Positions 1 to 32,464 of a stretch of DNA of 64,000 nt are shown here, piece after piece. This stretch comes from Octopus vulgaris. Its lineage: Eukaryota. Position numbers and translations under genes: made by a program. Each line of letters begins with the position of its first letter. Within the stretch, counting starts at the first letter, position 1. The stretch spans positions 10,974,001 through 11,038,000 of the forward strand of contig OX597833.1 of the NCBI GenBank assembly GCA_951406725.2, read 5' to 3'. Below the pieces are notes generated by a model. That model made no database searches. It was not told the DNA's origin and saw only the letters and a list, made by a program, of their open reading frames with translations.

Positions 1-1260
1 AATGAGAATTTTAATGTTAATTATTTCGATGTTAATTTTAATCTAATTACAGGTAAAACACAACCATATCATAAACTTAATGAGAACCTTAGATATATAA
101 ATGTTAATAGTAATCACCCACCATCAATTAAAAAATCGTTGATTAATAATATAAGTAAACGTATATCATTACTTTCTTATGATTTAGAGATTTTTAATAA
201 ACATGCTCCTTATTACAATGAGGCCCTTAGAGAGGCAGGTTATAATAGTATTATAAATTTTTTTATTAAAAATAAAGATAAAGATATAACTAATAATATT
301 AGAGATAAAAATATTAATAATAATTATAATAATTTTGTTAGTAATAGTGGTAATAATATTAGAAATTATAAAAATAAAAATAAAATAAATAAAAATAAGA
401 ATAAAAATAAAAATAAAATTAATAACTTTAATAATTCTTTAAATGTTAATTATAAATATAAATCTGATAATAATAATATAAATAAGATAAAGAAATATAA
501 TAACAATAATAATGACAGTTTTAGTAATAAGAAGAAGGAAAATAAGAATAAAATTTGGTTTATAGTTACTTATGGTGCTCAAGTTAAAACGAACATTATT
601 AAAGAGATTTTAGATATTATTGAACTATTTATTCGAGATAATCGTAAATATAAAAACATTTTCTCTAGTAATAATTTTGGAGTAGGTTATTCCACCACTA
701 ATAGTGTAGGTAACATTATTTCTTCTTTTAACAAATTTAAACTGAATAATTTTTATAAAAATAAAGTATATAATAATACCAATAATAAAGACAAGACACT
801 AATTAACTGTGCATGTAGAGATAAAACTAAATGTAAATAATATAATAAATGTGATACTAATGATGTAGTGTATAAATGTATAGTTACATTACATGATAAG
901 AATAATAAGAATAATAATAACTCAAACGCGATATATATAGGGTCCACTTCCTCTAAAATAAAATTAAGAATCGCACAACATATGAATTCATTTGAAAATA
1001 AAAACTTAATTAACTCCACTGGACTTAGCAAGTACATTTGGAGACTTAAATCCCAAAATATTAATAATAATTTATCTTGGAAAATAATTAGTAAAACTAA
1101 ATCATATACTATAGGAGCGAATTTTTGTTATTTATGTTCTAATGAGTTTAAGGAAATTTTATTTTATAAGCATGATAATTTACTGAATAGCTGTGATGAG
1201 CGCAAAATAAAATGCAGAAACAAGTTACTTTACTTATATAATAAATTTCTTGATAAATAA
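1..1260 (+). pseudogene. C-terminal part of the PLE RT-GIY-YIG polyprotein with one premature stop
   Basis: ORFs 139..840 and 868..1260 are in the same frame. The TAA at 838-840 corresponds to TTA in copy B. Confidence 0.85.
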
Positions 1261-1786
1261 TGATTATTTCGTAGCCTTAATTAGCTCCCTATTTGTTGTT
1301 TTATGTAATAGTATTATAAATATACCAGGTGATTTGTAGTACTTATTATATTAGTTTATTTTAGTTATTTAGGTTCTGTTTTTAATTATAGTTAGATTAT
1401 AGATGGTTGTTGATTTTATTACTAAATATTTTATTACTAAATATATTTTTAATAAATATTTAATGGTTTATTGAATATAGAGTCTGGTAAGTTACAATTT
1501 TATTTATTTTATATATTTTGTTATATTTCTATTATAACTTCGTTAAATTATAATTTTGTTATATTAATCTATTTGTATGTAATCTCATTATATTTGAAAT
1601 AGTTTTATTTAGTTGTTTATTTAATCCATATTATTTAATATAGAAGTATAGATTAGTAGATTAATATTTTAGATTTAACTTAATATTTACCTCTATTTTG
1701 TATTGTAGTATGATTATAGACATTTATATATCTATTTATTTATAATATATGTGGATGTGTGTGTATGTATATATGTGGATATGATG

Positions 1787-1830
<44 letters not shown>

Positions 1831-3452
1831 ACATTTATTTATATGTATGTGTGTGGGTGTGTATATATTGGTGTAAGTGTATATATTGAGTATTGTATGT
1901 ATGTACATGTATGTATGAGTGTGCATATGTGTATGGGTGTAAGTGTGTGTATGTATGTGTGTATATATGTATATGAATGTATGTGTGTATGTATGTGTAT
2001 ATGTGTATGTATATGTATATGTATGTATATATGTATATATATATGTATATATATATGTATATATATATGTATGTATATTTTCTTATATATTTATGTATAC
2101 GTATGTATAGTTATACTACAAATTTTGATAAGTATTTATAGATTTGTTATGATCACTAATTTTAGCTTATAATTATAAGGGCATGGGAAAGAATTTATAG
2201 TATGTAGAGGGGTTATTATATAAATTAATTTTTATGTATTTATTAATCTTATAAGATTTTTAGAATATATTTAATAATTAGTGGTTTTTAATCATTTAAA
2301 TCATTTAATTTAATTTGTATTAAGTTTCATTTATCATAGTTATTTTATTTATAAATATTATAGTATAGAGAGATTTCATTCTTTATTTGTGAATTCATTC
2401 TTTTTACAATGATAAACCTATAATTTTCCATTCATAATCTTTAATAAACGTAGGTTCCTCGCGCGTAATGAATTCTTCAACAATATATTCTTTTTTTTGC
2501 TAATAACGTAATTCCATGAGTATTCTTATAAACGCTGTAAAAGACGTTTTTTGATTCAAAATTTTAGTTCATTGATTAAACCTCGCCAAGTTAAGTATGT
2601 ATTTATTTAAGATCTTCAAATTGTAAATTTTAATATTGTATAAGCCTTTGGAGTAATAATATTCTCCTTATGTAAATATCGCTGTTTATGTAATGATCTA
2701 ATTATCGTAAGTTTCTATATTATTAGATATTAAATTTAAGTTTATTCGTAAGATACTTTTTAGTGATAGATTTATTATTTGATAGCAAGCATACTAGGTG
2801 TATTAAGTTAGGCTTTGTATATACACGTTTTAATAGTATTAATTGTAGTTTTAAATTTATAATCAAATTAGATAAACTTTGATAAATTTAGATATGTTTC
2901 GACTATAGATTGGTCTAGGCCATGACTAATTTAATAGCATAACTTAGTTATTTCTTTAAATTTATATTAGATAATTATTCCCATTCATAATTATATTTAT
3001 AGTACTTATAGTATTTATTCGATACTATATTGCTAAGAATTGATTATTTCTAAAAGTATTTTACATAAGATTTCTGAAAGTCCGTTTAAGTTTGTTTATT
3101 TGGATTTTGAAATTAGCTATTTCATCTTTAAATATGAAAAATTAAATTTATTAGGTTTTTATTATATACAATTATTTATAGAGATTATTTTAGATCTTGA
3201 TTATAATATTTATATATATATTTTCATTGATAATTTATATATATTAGTCATTTTAAATATTTATGTAATTAGATATAGACTAATATTGATATTAGATTAT
3301 GGGTTTCCTACCTTATAAATTAAAATTAATATTTAACATTATAGTCGATTTGGATATAATCATATTTGATAATAGAGTTTATTATAAGTAAAATTATTAT
3401 ATTATATATATTATTTATATCTTAAAAATATTGATTATATTTTAGATATTTA

Positions 3453-3521
3453 AACCACCTGATGAATGACTGTAACTCGAAAATTTAAAGAAATTAACAG
3501 CCATGAAACGATCGTAGTGTT
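3453..3521 (+). ncRNA. Type I hammerhead ribozyme in the PLE 3' pseudo-LTR
   Basis: cac-CTGATGA(3459-3465)-atgactgt...acagccat-GAAAC-gatc-GTA-gtg. Stem II is 8 bp with one mismatch, stem III is the palindrome ACGATCGT, predicted cleavage after GUA (3516). Confidence 0.85.
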
Positions 3522-3744
3522 ATATTAATAATATTTTTTTAATAATTTTGTTATATATTTAAATAATATAAATTAAATAATCTTATGTATTGGCTTAGGT
3601 TTTTCATTGTATGATTTGCCTAATAGTGGTTTTATCTCTAATTTAATATAATATAATATTTTACTACAAAATTGGATTCAATCCTAAATCTGATTTTACA
3701 CTGTAAGTTTGGATTTATTCCCTAATATTTATTATTATTATATG

Positions 3745-3830
<86 letters not shown>

Positions 3831-3836
3831 TATATA

Positions 3837-4710
3837 AATGCCAGGTCGAGCATCTCCTTGCTAGCGAAAGTCATGCCCCCTCAAATGATTCTGTAAACTA
3901 CGAAACAAATGGTAATCTGAAGGAGGAAGATCGGGAGAATAAGGTGGATGAGGAATTTTTCCCAACCAACCTCTTCGATCCTCTGTGGTGTGATGTTTGC
4001 ATAAGAAGAAAAGACCCCCTTTACCAAGCTACTGCTTACGACGTTTAACATTTCGATAGAAGATCCATTTTTCGTCACCAGTCACAAGTCTATCCAAAAT
4101 GGGTGAAATGAGTTCGCGAGAATGGAGAGAAGAGCAGATGTCAACTGGGCACTTGCGGTTGCTTTCGGACAATTCCTGAGGTACCCATATTCCAACTTTT
4201 GGAACCTTTCCAAGTTGCTGAAGATGACAATGAACAATTGTCTGGCTTGAAATAAGCTTTATTGCCAATTCTTCAACTAAAAATGAAGGATTTTCTTCAG
4301 GTAAGGCCTCATGGGAATTATCACTAAACTCACCTGGACGTCGTGTTCGATCCTCATCTTCTAGGCTGAAATTTCCACTTCTGAAATTTGCAAACCATCT
4401 TCTACAAGTTCTTTCATTCAAGCATTCTTTCCCATAAACCGAGTGTATGTTTCGAGTCGCTTCGTCTGCAGAGTTTTCTTTTCTTTTGTACTTATAAAGA
4501 ATTAAGTGCTTCAGATGTTCTTTGGATACTTCCACGTTAGAAAGGGTTTTAATCAAAGAAATTTTACTTTTATTATTCTGCAAAATAATATTTATTTAGT
4601 AAATATACAAATGCATAAATATCATTTTTAATTCCATTAGACATTCTAAAATATTAAATTTCATTCGATTTAAAAGAGAAAAATCGGACGGAACTTATGG
4701 GATGACCTGA
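3837..4710 (-). mobile_element. Internally deleted, truncated mariner (Tc1/mariner) transposon
   Basis: ORF 4029..4583 has the mariner HTH region (RRWFANFRSGNFSLED), WVPQEL and LVTGDEKWIFY. A shifted frame further on gives PHPPYSPDLPPSDYHLFRSLQN. The TIR-like end tcaggtcatcccataagttccgtccgattttt abuts TA at 4711-4712. Confidence 0.9.
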
Positions 4711-5372
4711 TACACACACATATACAGACACTCACAGAAACACACACATACACACACACAGACACGCACAGACACTAACAGACAAACACACAGACACACA
4801 CACTGAGACACACATCACACACACTCACACTCATATATATGTACATAAACAACATCCGTGATTGGGAAACCAGGGTACCAAAGTTACAGTGATTTGAGGG
4901 CTGTGGAAGCACATCTTACCCCTTTTGTTCCCAGATGTAACCTGACCCAGGTTAGTAGCACATGTTAGGGTCCCAGCTAGGATCCTAGTCTAGGTAAAAG
5001 AAATCCTCGATATAAAACCACTGTAGCGCTGGATCTGTCGTGCAGACCTTGATTATATCTGATGTACCCGGTAGCACGCTGCATCCACCCCAACCAAATC
5101 TAGTTTATCCCCAATCCCTATTGTGCTACTGTTGAGGGCAGGTGGCTACGTGCGGGAGCGCTGTAATCTCTGGATATTATTCACACGAAAGAAAATCATC
5201 TTTCAGTCAGTGTCGCCCGCTACAGATTAGTCATTCGGGTACAAGTAAATACCGACTACGACTCATATACAGTGAGGCCCCCACCCGGCTGTTCTCGGCG
5301 TCCTACATGTTGGAATACCTGCATTCAAACGGATTCTAGAATTATATGAAACTAAACACACACACACGCACG

Positions 5373-5426
<54 letters not shown>

Positions 5427-5454
5427 CACACACACGCAAGCATACACACACGCA

Positions 5455-5521
<67 letters not shown>

Positions 5522-5869
5522 GACATTTTGATTATCATAAGTTTATCGTCAGCAGAAATATTTTAATACGATTAAGTGTAAATAAAATGGAATAATCTTT
5601 AACATCATGTCTGTTATGAACTAACCAATAAAAACACTAGACTGCATTAAATAAAGCTTTGCAGTTACAGTCTGAACAGATGTTGAACGGACAATGTAGT
5701 CCCCTACATGAATATTACAGCAGTTTCGCAAAAATAAAGAAGTAAACATTAAGAAATAAATAAATAAGAATTCTCCAACAAATAGGCATTTGTTTTCAGT
5801 TTACAAATTTGTGCTGAAGTCAGTAAAATATTCTGCTGACTGTTCTGTGTTAATCGTGGATCATCTCCA

Positions 5870-6090
5870 TCCAATCACAAAAGGTGTCATTTAAAAGGTG
5901 ACACCCACCATTATTGTAATCTGATTGGGTCCTGAATTTACGATTAGATTTTCGGCAGGGTTGGGTTGTGGAGGGGGAACAATATCAAAAAGCCGGAATC
6001 AGACGTCAACAATTTTCAGTTACGATCCCAAAGCGAGAAGCTCACACTTATAAACTCCAGCTTACATCAACTTCAGATTTATCATTAAAC
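5870..6090 (+). promoter_or_regulatory. Putative core promoter of gene copy A
   Basis: CCAAT (5871) and reverse CCAAT (ATTGG, ~5924), TATAAA at 6049-6054, Inr-like TCAGA/TCATT 25-35 nt downstream, ATG at 6132. Largely conserved upstream of copies B and C. Confidence 0.4.
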
Positions 6091-6131
6091 CAAAACGAAA
6101 TAACAGGCTGCACGGACGACCGAAAACCGCA

Positions 6132-15420
<9,289 letters not shown>

Positions 15421-15712
15421 AGGGAATATAGTTGAATTTGCTTCTCTATGAAAACTTATGTTAACCAATTACAAGACATAATATAATATCATAAAACAAT
15501 ATAGACATTTTAAATTCTGTTTGATAATATTTTATCGAAGTTATATAAATCGTTAAAATACTCTGCGCTACTAGTTAACAGAAAAATATTATAATGGGGA
15601 GAAAATCGGCGCCCGAGAATGTGAGAATTATGCTTATAGAACATTGCAAAGCGGGGTGAATAATTCTAGATAAACATTGTATAAGGATCAGTTCATAAAA
15701 CTAAAATGTGGA

Positions 15713-15718
15713 AATAAA
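15713..15718 (+). terminator. Putative polyadenylation signal of copy A
   Basis: AATAAA ~290 nt after the stop, followed by a GT/T-rich tract; conserved after copies B and C. Confidence 0.45.
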
Positions 15719-17949
15719 ATCGTATTTCGTTTAACTGTATTTTCTGTTCTGTCTTAAATATCAATAAACCCCACTTGAAGTAATATCAGAGAAATATATG
15801 ATGGTTCCATCATTTTTGAGAGGAATGTAAGTAGTAATCCTCTCACCACCTATTTGGTTTTCACCTGTACCTATACAACCTCGTGGCCCCGCCACAAGAT
15901 TAGTTGACATCCTCATAACCGGAACAAGTAACCCTCACACCTTGCACCATTTCCTAAACACTGATGCACAACAATCAGGAATGGAATCACCTGGGAGTAT
16001 CGAATGCGAATAATTCTCTCACTGAAAAGCAGAAAAATGGTAAATTGGAGCAAAGATTTGCTTTACAACACTTACCACATACATAGAAAGCAGAGAAAAG
16101 ACAGCAAAAGGACGTAGAAACATAATGAGGGTAAGCAAAGTTACTCTGTGTAAACTTTGTGATATGTTGAGACTGTTACACCACATCCAATAAGAAACAT
16201 CACTATGTGTTAGTGTAGAATATTCCTTAGATTAAAGAGAAGAAGATGGATATTTGGGAGACACAACGTCTTTCATGCAAGTAATTGAGTGCCATAAGCT
16301 TGCCATTAAGAAAATGCATGTATTTAGACATTTATAATAGGAATCAGCATTAAAGGTATACATGTGTGTGTGCTTAACCCAATGAACCTTTTGGAAAATC
16401 GGACCGCCAGGGACTGGTCCTTCAACGCAATCAAGAATGGAAGCTACAGGACGATCAAAAATCCTGTCAAAGGACAAATTCATTCAGTTGAGTCATCGTT
16501 CATTGAACAACTTGGGGCGAAAGACTCTTGATCGATGGAATTGAAGGATTACGAATTGTTGTTTGAACATCTTTCAATAAGGTGAAGTCGTATAAAAAAT
16601 AATCCTGCAGTGGAATTGGTTTTCTGGTTGTCTCCATTTCGTTTGTGTCATTGGTGTTAGTACAGCAGAACTGTTTATCCACTCAAAGCAAATTTACATT
16701 CAGGACCATCTTGGATTCTTGGAACGGTACATGGAGGGCAATGGAAAATTAATGAATGATTGAAGCTTTAAAAGGTGGGAGGTTGTAATTGTAAAGTCAT
16801 AGGTGGCGTGTAGGGATTTTGGTTGCTTCATCTTCTATGATAATGGTGGTATTTAGCAGCATCCCGAGTGACTGAGCAGCACATTTCAGTCATTGCATTG
16901 CTCACCTTCTGGCGAATGGGTTCGAGAAAATGTGGTTTAAAGAAAGTTTGAGACTACCAAACAGGTCAGCACTCCGAGTCTATTTGCTGTTCACTCATTC
17001 GGGGATAATACCAACATCCGACGTGAATCATGGACTGTCATTGGAGAGTCCTGAACAGCCCCATGTGACCGAAGGTTGAGGAACTGGCTATAGGAAACAG
17101 GAATTGAATGAACAGTGAGTTACCGTTGGTGGTGTAAGTTCAACAATCGCTTATGGAAAAGTGCATGCAGGGTATCGGACTTACGTTCGAGTAGCGCAGA
17201 GTGCGTTTTGTGTTGACATATATTTCTGCGATAGGTTAGTTCTAGATAGTCAAAACCAACAATTTATTTGTTCAATACCATTATACACCAGACGTGTATA
17301 ACTACGTCATAACATTTTTAGCGACGAAGTTATTCGAAGCTCATACCGGACCGATTTGTCTCTTCACGTGAGAGCTTTACTAGCCTCGGTAATTTAATGA
17401 CAGCAACAAAACCAGCAAAAGCAATAAAGATAAAGACAACAGCCGTTGGAATTACAGAAACAGCAAAAACAGCAATAAAAACAGCAACAACAACAGTTGT
17501 TGGAATTTGAGAAGCAACATCAATTGTTAGTACAACTGATACAGAAGAAATCAGAAATGAGAATCGTAGCTACGTTCGAGAGGCACAGAATGCGTTCTCT
17601 TTTAATAAATATTTCTGCGATTATGGAATTATGGAATTCACCTAGAAATAGACTTTGTCAAAACGTTATGGAGGTCATCCAGTTGTCATATAGAAGTGAA
17701 AAATGTGATCCCTGACTGTTGAAATTAGAAAAACAAATATGCGTTTGGCAGAACGCAACACGGATTCTGATTTTAGACAATGTACGAATGTACCCACAAA
17801 ATATCGAAGAACCGGTCACACTACAGAAATGAATGTTAAAAGAAATTCACATTGTTCACCCGTGGATTTTAAGAATGAAATTTTTGTTGAGAAGCTATGT
17901 GTATTGGCCAGAAATGGATTGAGTGTTTGAAGAACTTTTGTGCCTGAAA

Positions 17950-18134
17950 TGGCCTTTGGATACTTCCATGTTAGAATGGGTTTCAATCAAAGAAAGTTTA
18001 ATTCTATCATTTAATTAGTTAATACACAAATGTATAAAAATGTTTTTTAATTGCTTTAGACATTCTGAAATACTATTAAATTTCATTCAATTTTAAAAAC
18101 AGTAAAATCGGACAGAACTTATGGGATGACCTGA
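17950..18134 (-). mobile_element. Mariner 5'-end remnant upstream of copy B
   Basis: Same TIR end (aaaatcggacagaacttatgggatgacctga-ta) and start of the transposase region as 4520-4710. Confidence 0.7.
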
Positions 18135-18725
18135 TACACACACAGACATAGACATATACAGATACACAGAGACACAGAGAAACACAGAGATACACTCAAA
18201 CACACACACAGACACACACACATACACACACACACATAAACACACACACACATACACACACATACACACACACACACACACACACTAATATATACGTACA
18301 TAAACTGCATCCGGGAGTGGGAAAACATGGTACGAATATTCTGGGATTTGAGGGATGTGGAAGCACCTTTTACCCACTAATATTCCCAGATCTAACCTGA
18401 CCCAGGGTAGTAGGACATGTTAGGGTCCCAGCTAGGATTCACCCTAACCAGATCTAGTACATCCCCAATCCCAATGGTGCCACTGTTGAGGGCAGGTAGC
18501 CACGTGCGGGAGCGTTGTAATCTCAAAATAAAATCATGCGAAAGTCATCTGTGGCTTGAATAATAAGTCTCTTTCAGTCAGTGTCGCTCGCTACAGATTA
18601 GTCATTCGGGTACAAGTCAATACCGACGACGACTCATATACAGTGAGGCCCCCACCCGGCTGTTCTCGGCGCCCTTCATGTTGGAATACCAGAATTCTAA
18701 CAAATTCTAGAATTGTATGATACTA

Positions 18726-18773
<48 letters not shown>

Positions 18774-19466
18774 AACACACACACACACACAAGCAAACAT
18801 ACACACACACACACACGCAGGTACGCACACACACACACATACGCACAGAAGACATTTTGTTTATCATAAATTTGTCGTCAGCAGAAATATTCTAATAAGA
18901 TTCAGTGTAAATAAAATGGAATAATCTTTAACATCATGTTTGTTATGAAGTAACCAATAAAAACACTAGACTGCATTAAATAAAGCTTTGCAGTTACAGT
19001 CTGTACAGATGTTGAACGGACAATGTAGTCCCCTACATGAATATTACAGCAGTTTCGCAAAAATAAAGAAGTAAACATTAAGAAATAAATAAATAAGAAT
19101 TCTCCAAAAAATAGGCATTTGTTTTCAGTTTACAAATTTGTGCTGAAGTCAGTAAAATATTCTGCTGACTGTTCTGTGTTAATCGTGGATCATCTCCATC
19201 AAATCACAAAAGGTGTCATTTAAAAGGTGACACCCACAATTATTGTAATATCAATCTGATTGGTGCCTGAATTTACGATTAGATTTTCGGCAGGGTTGGG
19301 TTGTGGAGGGGGAACAATATCAAAAAGCCGGAATCAGACGTCAACAATTTTCAGTTACGATCCCAAAGCGAGAAGCTCACACTTATAAACTCCAGCTTAC
19401 ATCAACTTCAGATTTATCATTAAACCAAAACGAAATAACAGGCTGCACGGACGACCGAAAACCGCA

Positions 19467-28711
<9,245 letters not shown>

Positions 28712-31301
28712 AGGGAATATAGTTGAATTTGCTTCTCTATGAAAACTTATGTTAACCAATTACAAGACATAATATAATATCATAAAACAATATAGACATT
28801 TTAAATTCTGTTTGATAATATTTTATCGAAGTTATATAAATCGTTAAAATACTCTGCGCTACTAGTTGACAGAAAAATATTATAATGGAGAGAAAACCGG
28901 CGCCAGAGAATGTGAGAATTATGCTTATAGAACAATGCAAAGCTGAATGAATAATTCTAGATAAACATTGTATAAGGATCAGTTCATAAAACTAAAATGT
29001 GGAAATAAAATTGTATTTCGTTTAACTGTATTTTGTGTTCTGTCTTAAATATCAATAAACCCCACTTGAAGTAATATCATAGAAATATATGATGGTTCCA
29101 TCATTTTTGAGAGGAATGTAAGTAGTAATCCTCTCACCACCTATTTTGTTTTTACCTGTCTCTATACCACCTCGTGACCCCACCACAAGTTTAGTTGACA
29201 TCCTCATAACCGGAACACGTAACCCTCACCCGTTGCACCATTTCCTAAACGGCAAAAGGACGTAGAAAGATAATGAGGGTAAGCAAAGTTACTCTGTGTA
29301 AACTGTGTGATATGTTGAGACTGTTACACCACATCCAATAAGAAACATCACTATGTGTTAGTGTAGAATATTCCTTAGATTAAAGAGAAGAAGATGGATA
29401 TTTGGGAGACACAACGTCTTTCATGCAAGTAATTGAGTGCCATAAGGTTGCCATTAAGAAAATGCATGTATTTAGACATTTATAATAGGAAGCAACTTAA
29501 AGGTATACATGTGTGTGTGCTTAACCCAATAAGCTTTTTGCAAAATCAGACCGCCAGTGACTATAACGGCAAAGCAATCAAGAATGGAATCTGGTTTTCA
29601 TGGGACACCCTGCAGGACGATAAAAAATCCTGTCAAAGGAGAAGTCAATTAAGCCGAGTCATCGTTCATTGAACAAATTGGGGCGAGAGACTCTTGAGCG
29701 ATTTTGTTGTTAGAATGTCTTTCAAGGAGAGGTTAAAGTCGTATATAAAACCCTGCTGTGCAATTGGGTTCCTGGTTGCTTCCACTTCGTTTGTGCCCCT
29801 GGTGTTGGTACAGCACATCTGTTTATCCACTGAAAACAAATTTAAGCCTAGGATCATTTTGGATTCTTGGAACGGTACATGGTGGATCAAAATGGCCAAC
29901 GGCAATGGAAAAGTAATGAATGATACAAACTTTAAAAGCTGGGAAGTTGTAAATATTTTAATCCAAGTACGGATTTGGTTGCGTCACCTTATGTGATAAT
30001 ATTTGATAATAAAGGCATTCAGTGACTGGGCGGCACATTTCAGTCAGCGCAATCACTGCTCACCTTCTAGCGGATGGGTCCGAGAAAAGGTGGTTTAAAG
30101 AAAGTTTACCACTACCAAACAGTCCAGGAGTTCGAGGGTGTTTACTGTTCACTCATGCGGGTGTAATACACCCATCCGACTAACATCATTGTCTGTCATG
30201 GGTGAGTCCTGAATAGCCCCATGTAACCAAAGGTGGAATAACTGATTATAGTAAATAGGAACTGAGAGACAGTTGGCGGTGTTAGTTCAACAATAGTTTA
30301 TGGAACAGTGTATGCTGGGTATCGGACTTACGTTCGAGTAGCGCAGAGTGCGTTTTGTGTTGACATATATTTCTGCGATAGGTTACTTTTAGATAGTCAC
30401 AACCAACAATTTATTTGTTTAATACCATTATACACTAGACGTGTATAACTACGTCATAACATTTTTAGCGACGAAGTTATTCGAAGCTCATACCGGACCG
30501 ATTTGTCTCTTCACATGAGAGCTTTACTAGCCTCGGTAATTTAATGACAGCAACAAAACCAGCAAAAGCAATAAAGATAATGGCAACAGTCGTTGGAATT
30601 TGGGAAGTAACATCAATTTTTAGTACAACTGATACAGAAGAAATGAGAAAATTCATCTGATTCGTTCATCCCTGTCCCTGTCGCAAAACTTGATTGGAGG
30701 GTTCGCACATAAGCCAGAGGAAGGTACAACCTTCCCTGCTTACTTTTGAAGATATAAGAACATTTTTACAGAAGAATGCTGTACCTGGCAAGACGAGAAA
30801 ACACTGGACTTTTGTTGAGAAAGCTGGCACCAGCCGAGTATGTGAAATATTGAAATTATATATTATGAAAGAAACTGAGTGAAATCTGTTTTGAAGAAAC
30901 GGTGAATATTCTATCAAAGATTTTCAACCAAAAATGCTTAATAGCGAATGCGAAAGATTTAAAATTAATGAATCAACATCAGATATGTTTAAAAGCTTAA
31001 TTTATTTTCTTTCAAGTTTTAAGTGCCAAGAAAGTTGCAGGAATTCGAAACAGAATATTGACTAAATTAGTGCAGGATGAGAAGCAAACACGACAAGAAA
31101 TATCTGAGGAATAGCAGAGAATGATGAACCTATTGCACGATATGAAGAAACTGAAGGAAGGAACTGCTCCAGTACACAGTGGATATACAATTTACATTGG
31201 ATAGGGTACTTTGGTGTGTATATGTCTGAATAAATGCAACTGCATAAGTATACACACACACACACATATATATATGTATGTATAAATATATACATACACA
31301 C

Positions 31302-31355
<54 letters not shown>

Positions 31356-31747
31356 TACATAAGATTTCTGAAAGTCCGTTTAAGTTAGTTTATTTGGATT
31401 TTGAAATTAGCTATTTCTTCTTTAAATATGAAAAATTAAATTTATTAGGTTTTTATTATATACAATTATTTATAGAGATTATTTTACATCTTGATTATAA
31501 TATTTATATATATATTTTCATTGATAATATATATATATTAGTCATTTTAAATATTTATGTAATTAGATATAGACTAATATTGATATTAGATTATGGGTTT
31601 CCTACCTTATGAATTAAAATTAATATTTAACATTATAGTCGATTTGGATATAATCATATTTGATAATAGAGTTTATTATAAGTAAAATTATTATATTATA
31701 TATATTATTTATATCTTAAAAAATATTGATTATATTTTAGATATTTA

Positions 31748-31816
31748 AACCACCTGATGAACGACTGTAACTCGAAAATTTAAAGAAATTAACAGCCATG
31801 AAACGACCGTAGTGTT
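31748..31816 (+). ncRNA. Hammerhead in the 5' pseudo-LTR of PLE copy B
   Basis: cac-CTGATGA-acgactgt...acagccat-GAAAC-gacc-GTA-gtg; the loop-3 palindrome is broken by one substitution. Confidence 0.75.
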
Positions 31817-31818
31817 AT

Positions 31819-32193
31819 ACTCTTTACTCTTTTCCTCTTTTACTTGTTTCAGTCACTTGACTGCGGCCATGCTGGAGCACCACCTTTTAGTACTTATTCT
31901 ATCGGTCTCTTTTTGCCGAACCGCTAAGTGACGGGGACCTAAACACACCAGCATCGGTTGTCAAGCAATGCTAGGGGGACAAACACAGACACACAAACAC
32001 ACACACATACACATATATATACATATATACGACAGGCTTCTTTCAGTTTCCGTCTACCAAATCCACTCACAAGGCATTGGTCGGCCCGGTGCTATAGCAG
32101 AAGACACTTGCCCAAGATGCCACGCAGTGGGACTGAACCCGCAACCGTGTGGTTGGTTAGCAAGCTATTTACCACACAGCCACTCCTGCGCCT
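31819..32193 (-). mobile_element. tRNA-derived SINE (cephalopod type) inserted into the PLE 5' pseudo-LTR
   Basis: Reverse strand starts aggcgcaggagtggctgtgtgg (A box) ... gggttcagtccc (B box), has an internal CA/TA repeat and a short tandem tail. Absent from the other two pseudo-LTR copies. Confidence 0.85.
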
Positions 32194-32464
32194 ATATTAA
32201 TTATATTTTTTTAAATAATTTTGTTATATATTTAAATAATATAAATTAAATAATCTTATGTATTGGCTTAAGTTTTTCATTGTATGATTTGCCTAATAGT
32301 GGTTTTATCTCTAATTTAATATTATATAATATTTTACTATAAAATTGTATTCAATCCTAAATCTGATTTTTCCCTGTAAGTTTGGATTTATTCCCTAATA
32401 TTTATTATTAATTAATATATTGATAAATTACGTATATTGAGTGTAACATCTCAACTTCGTAATT

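Larger units (their letters stand above)
1..3740 (+). mobile_element. Penelope-like retroelement (PLE), copy A, cut by the window start: RT thumb, Asn/Lys-rich linker, GIY-YIG endonuclease, long 3' UTR and 3' pseudo-LTR
   Basis: Frame 139-1260 has the PLE RT end (from the window start: YINVNSNHPPSIKK...ISKRIS...YNEAL), CACRDKTKC, VVYKCIV...IYIGST...KLRIAQH (GIY-YIG) and CYLC...E...LLN...KCR. One in-frame TAA at 838-840. Near-identical to 33647-37395; ends in (TA)n. Confidence 0.9.

Noticed and set aside
1732-2172. ORFs rich in YI/CV/HT/YLSI/FLSF repeats here and throughout the window
   Set aside because: Translations of (TA)n, (CA)n, (TCTA)n and (TTTC)n microsatellites, which lack stops in some frames.
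3040-3318. 92-aa hydrophobic ORF repeated at 31394 and 36695
   Set aside because: Non-ATG start, AT-rich pseudo-LTR sequence; recurrence is explained by the repeat itself.
16230-17200. Degenerate minus-strand coding-like segment, also at 29400-30300
   Set aside because: Probably an old transposon relic, but I found no diagnostic motif and the frames differ between copies.
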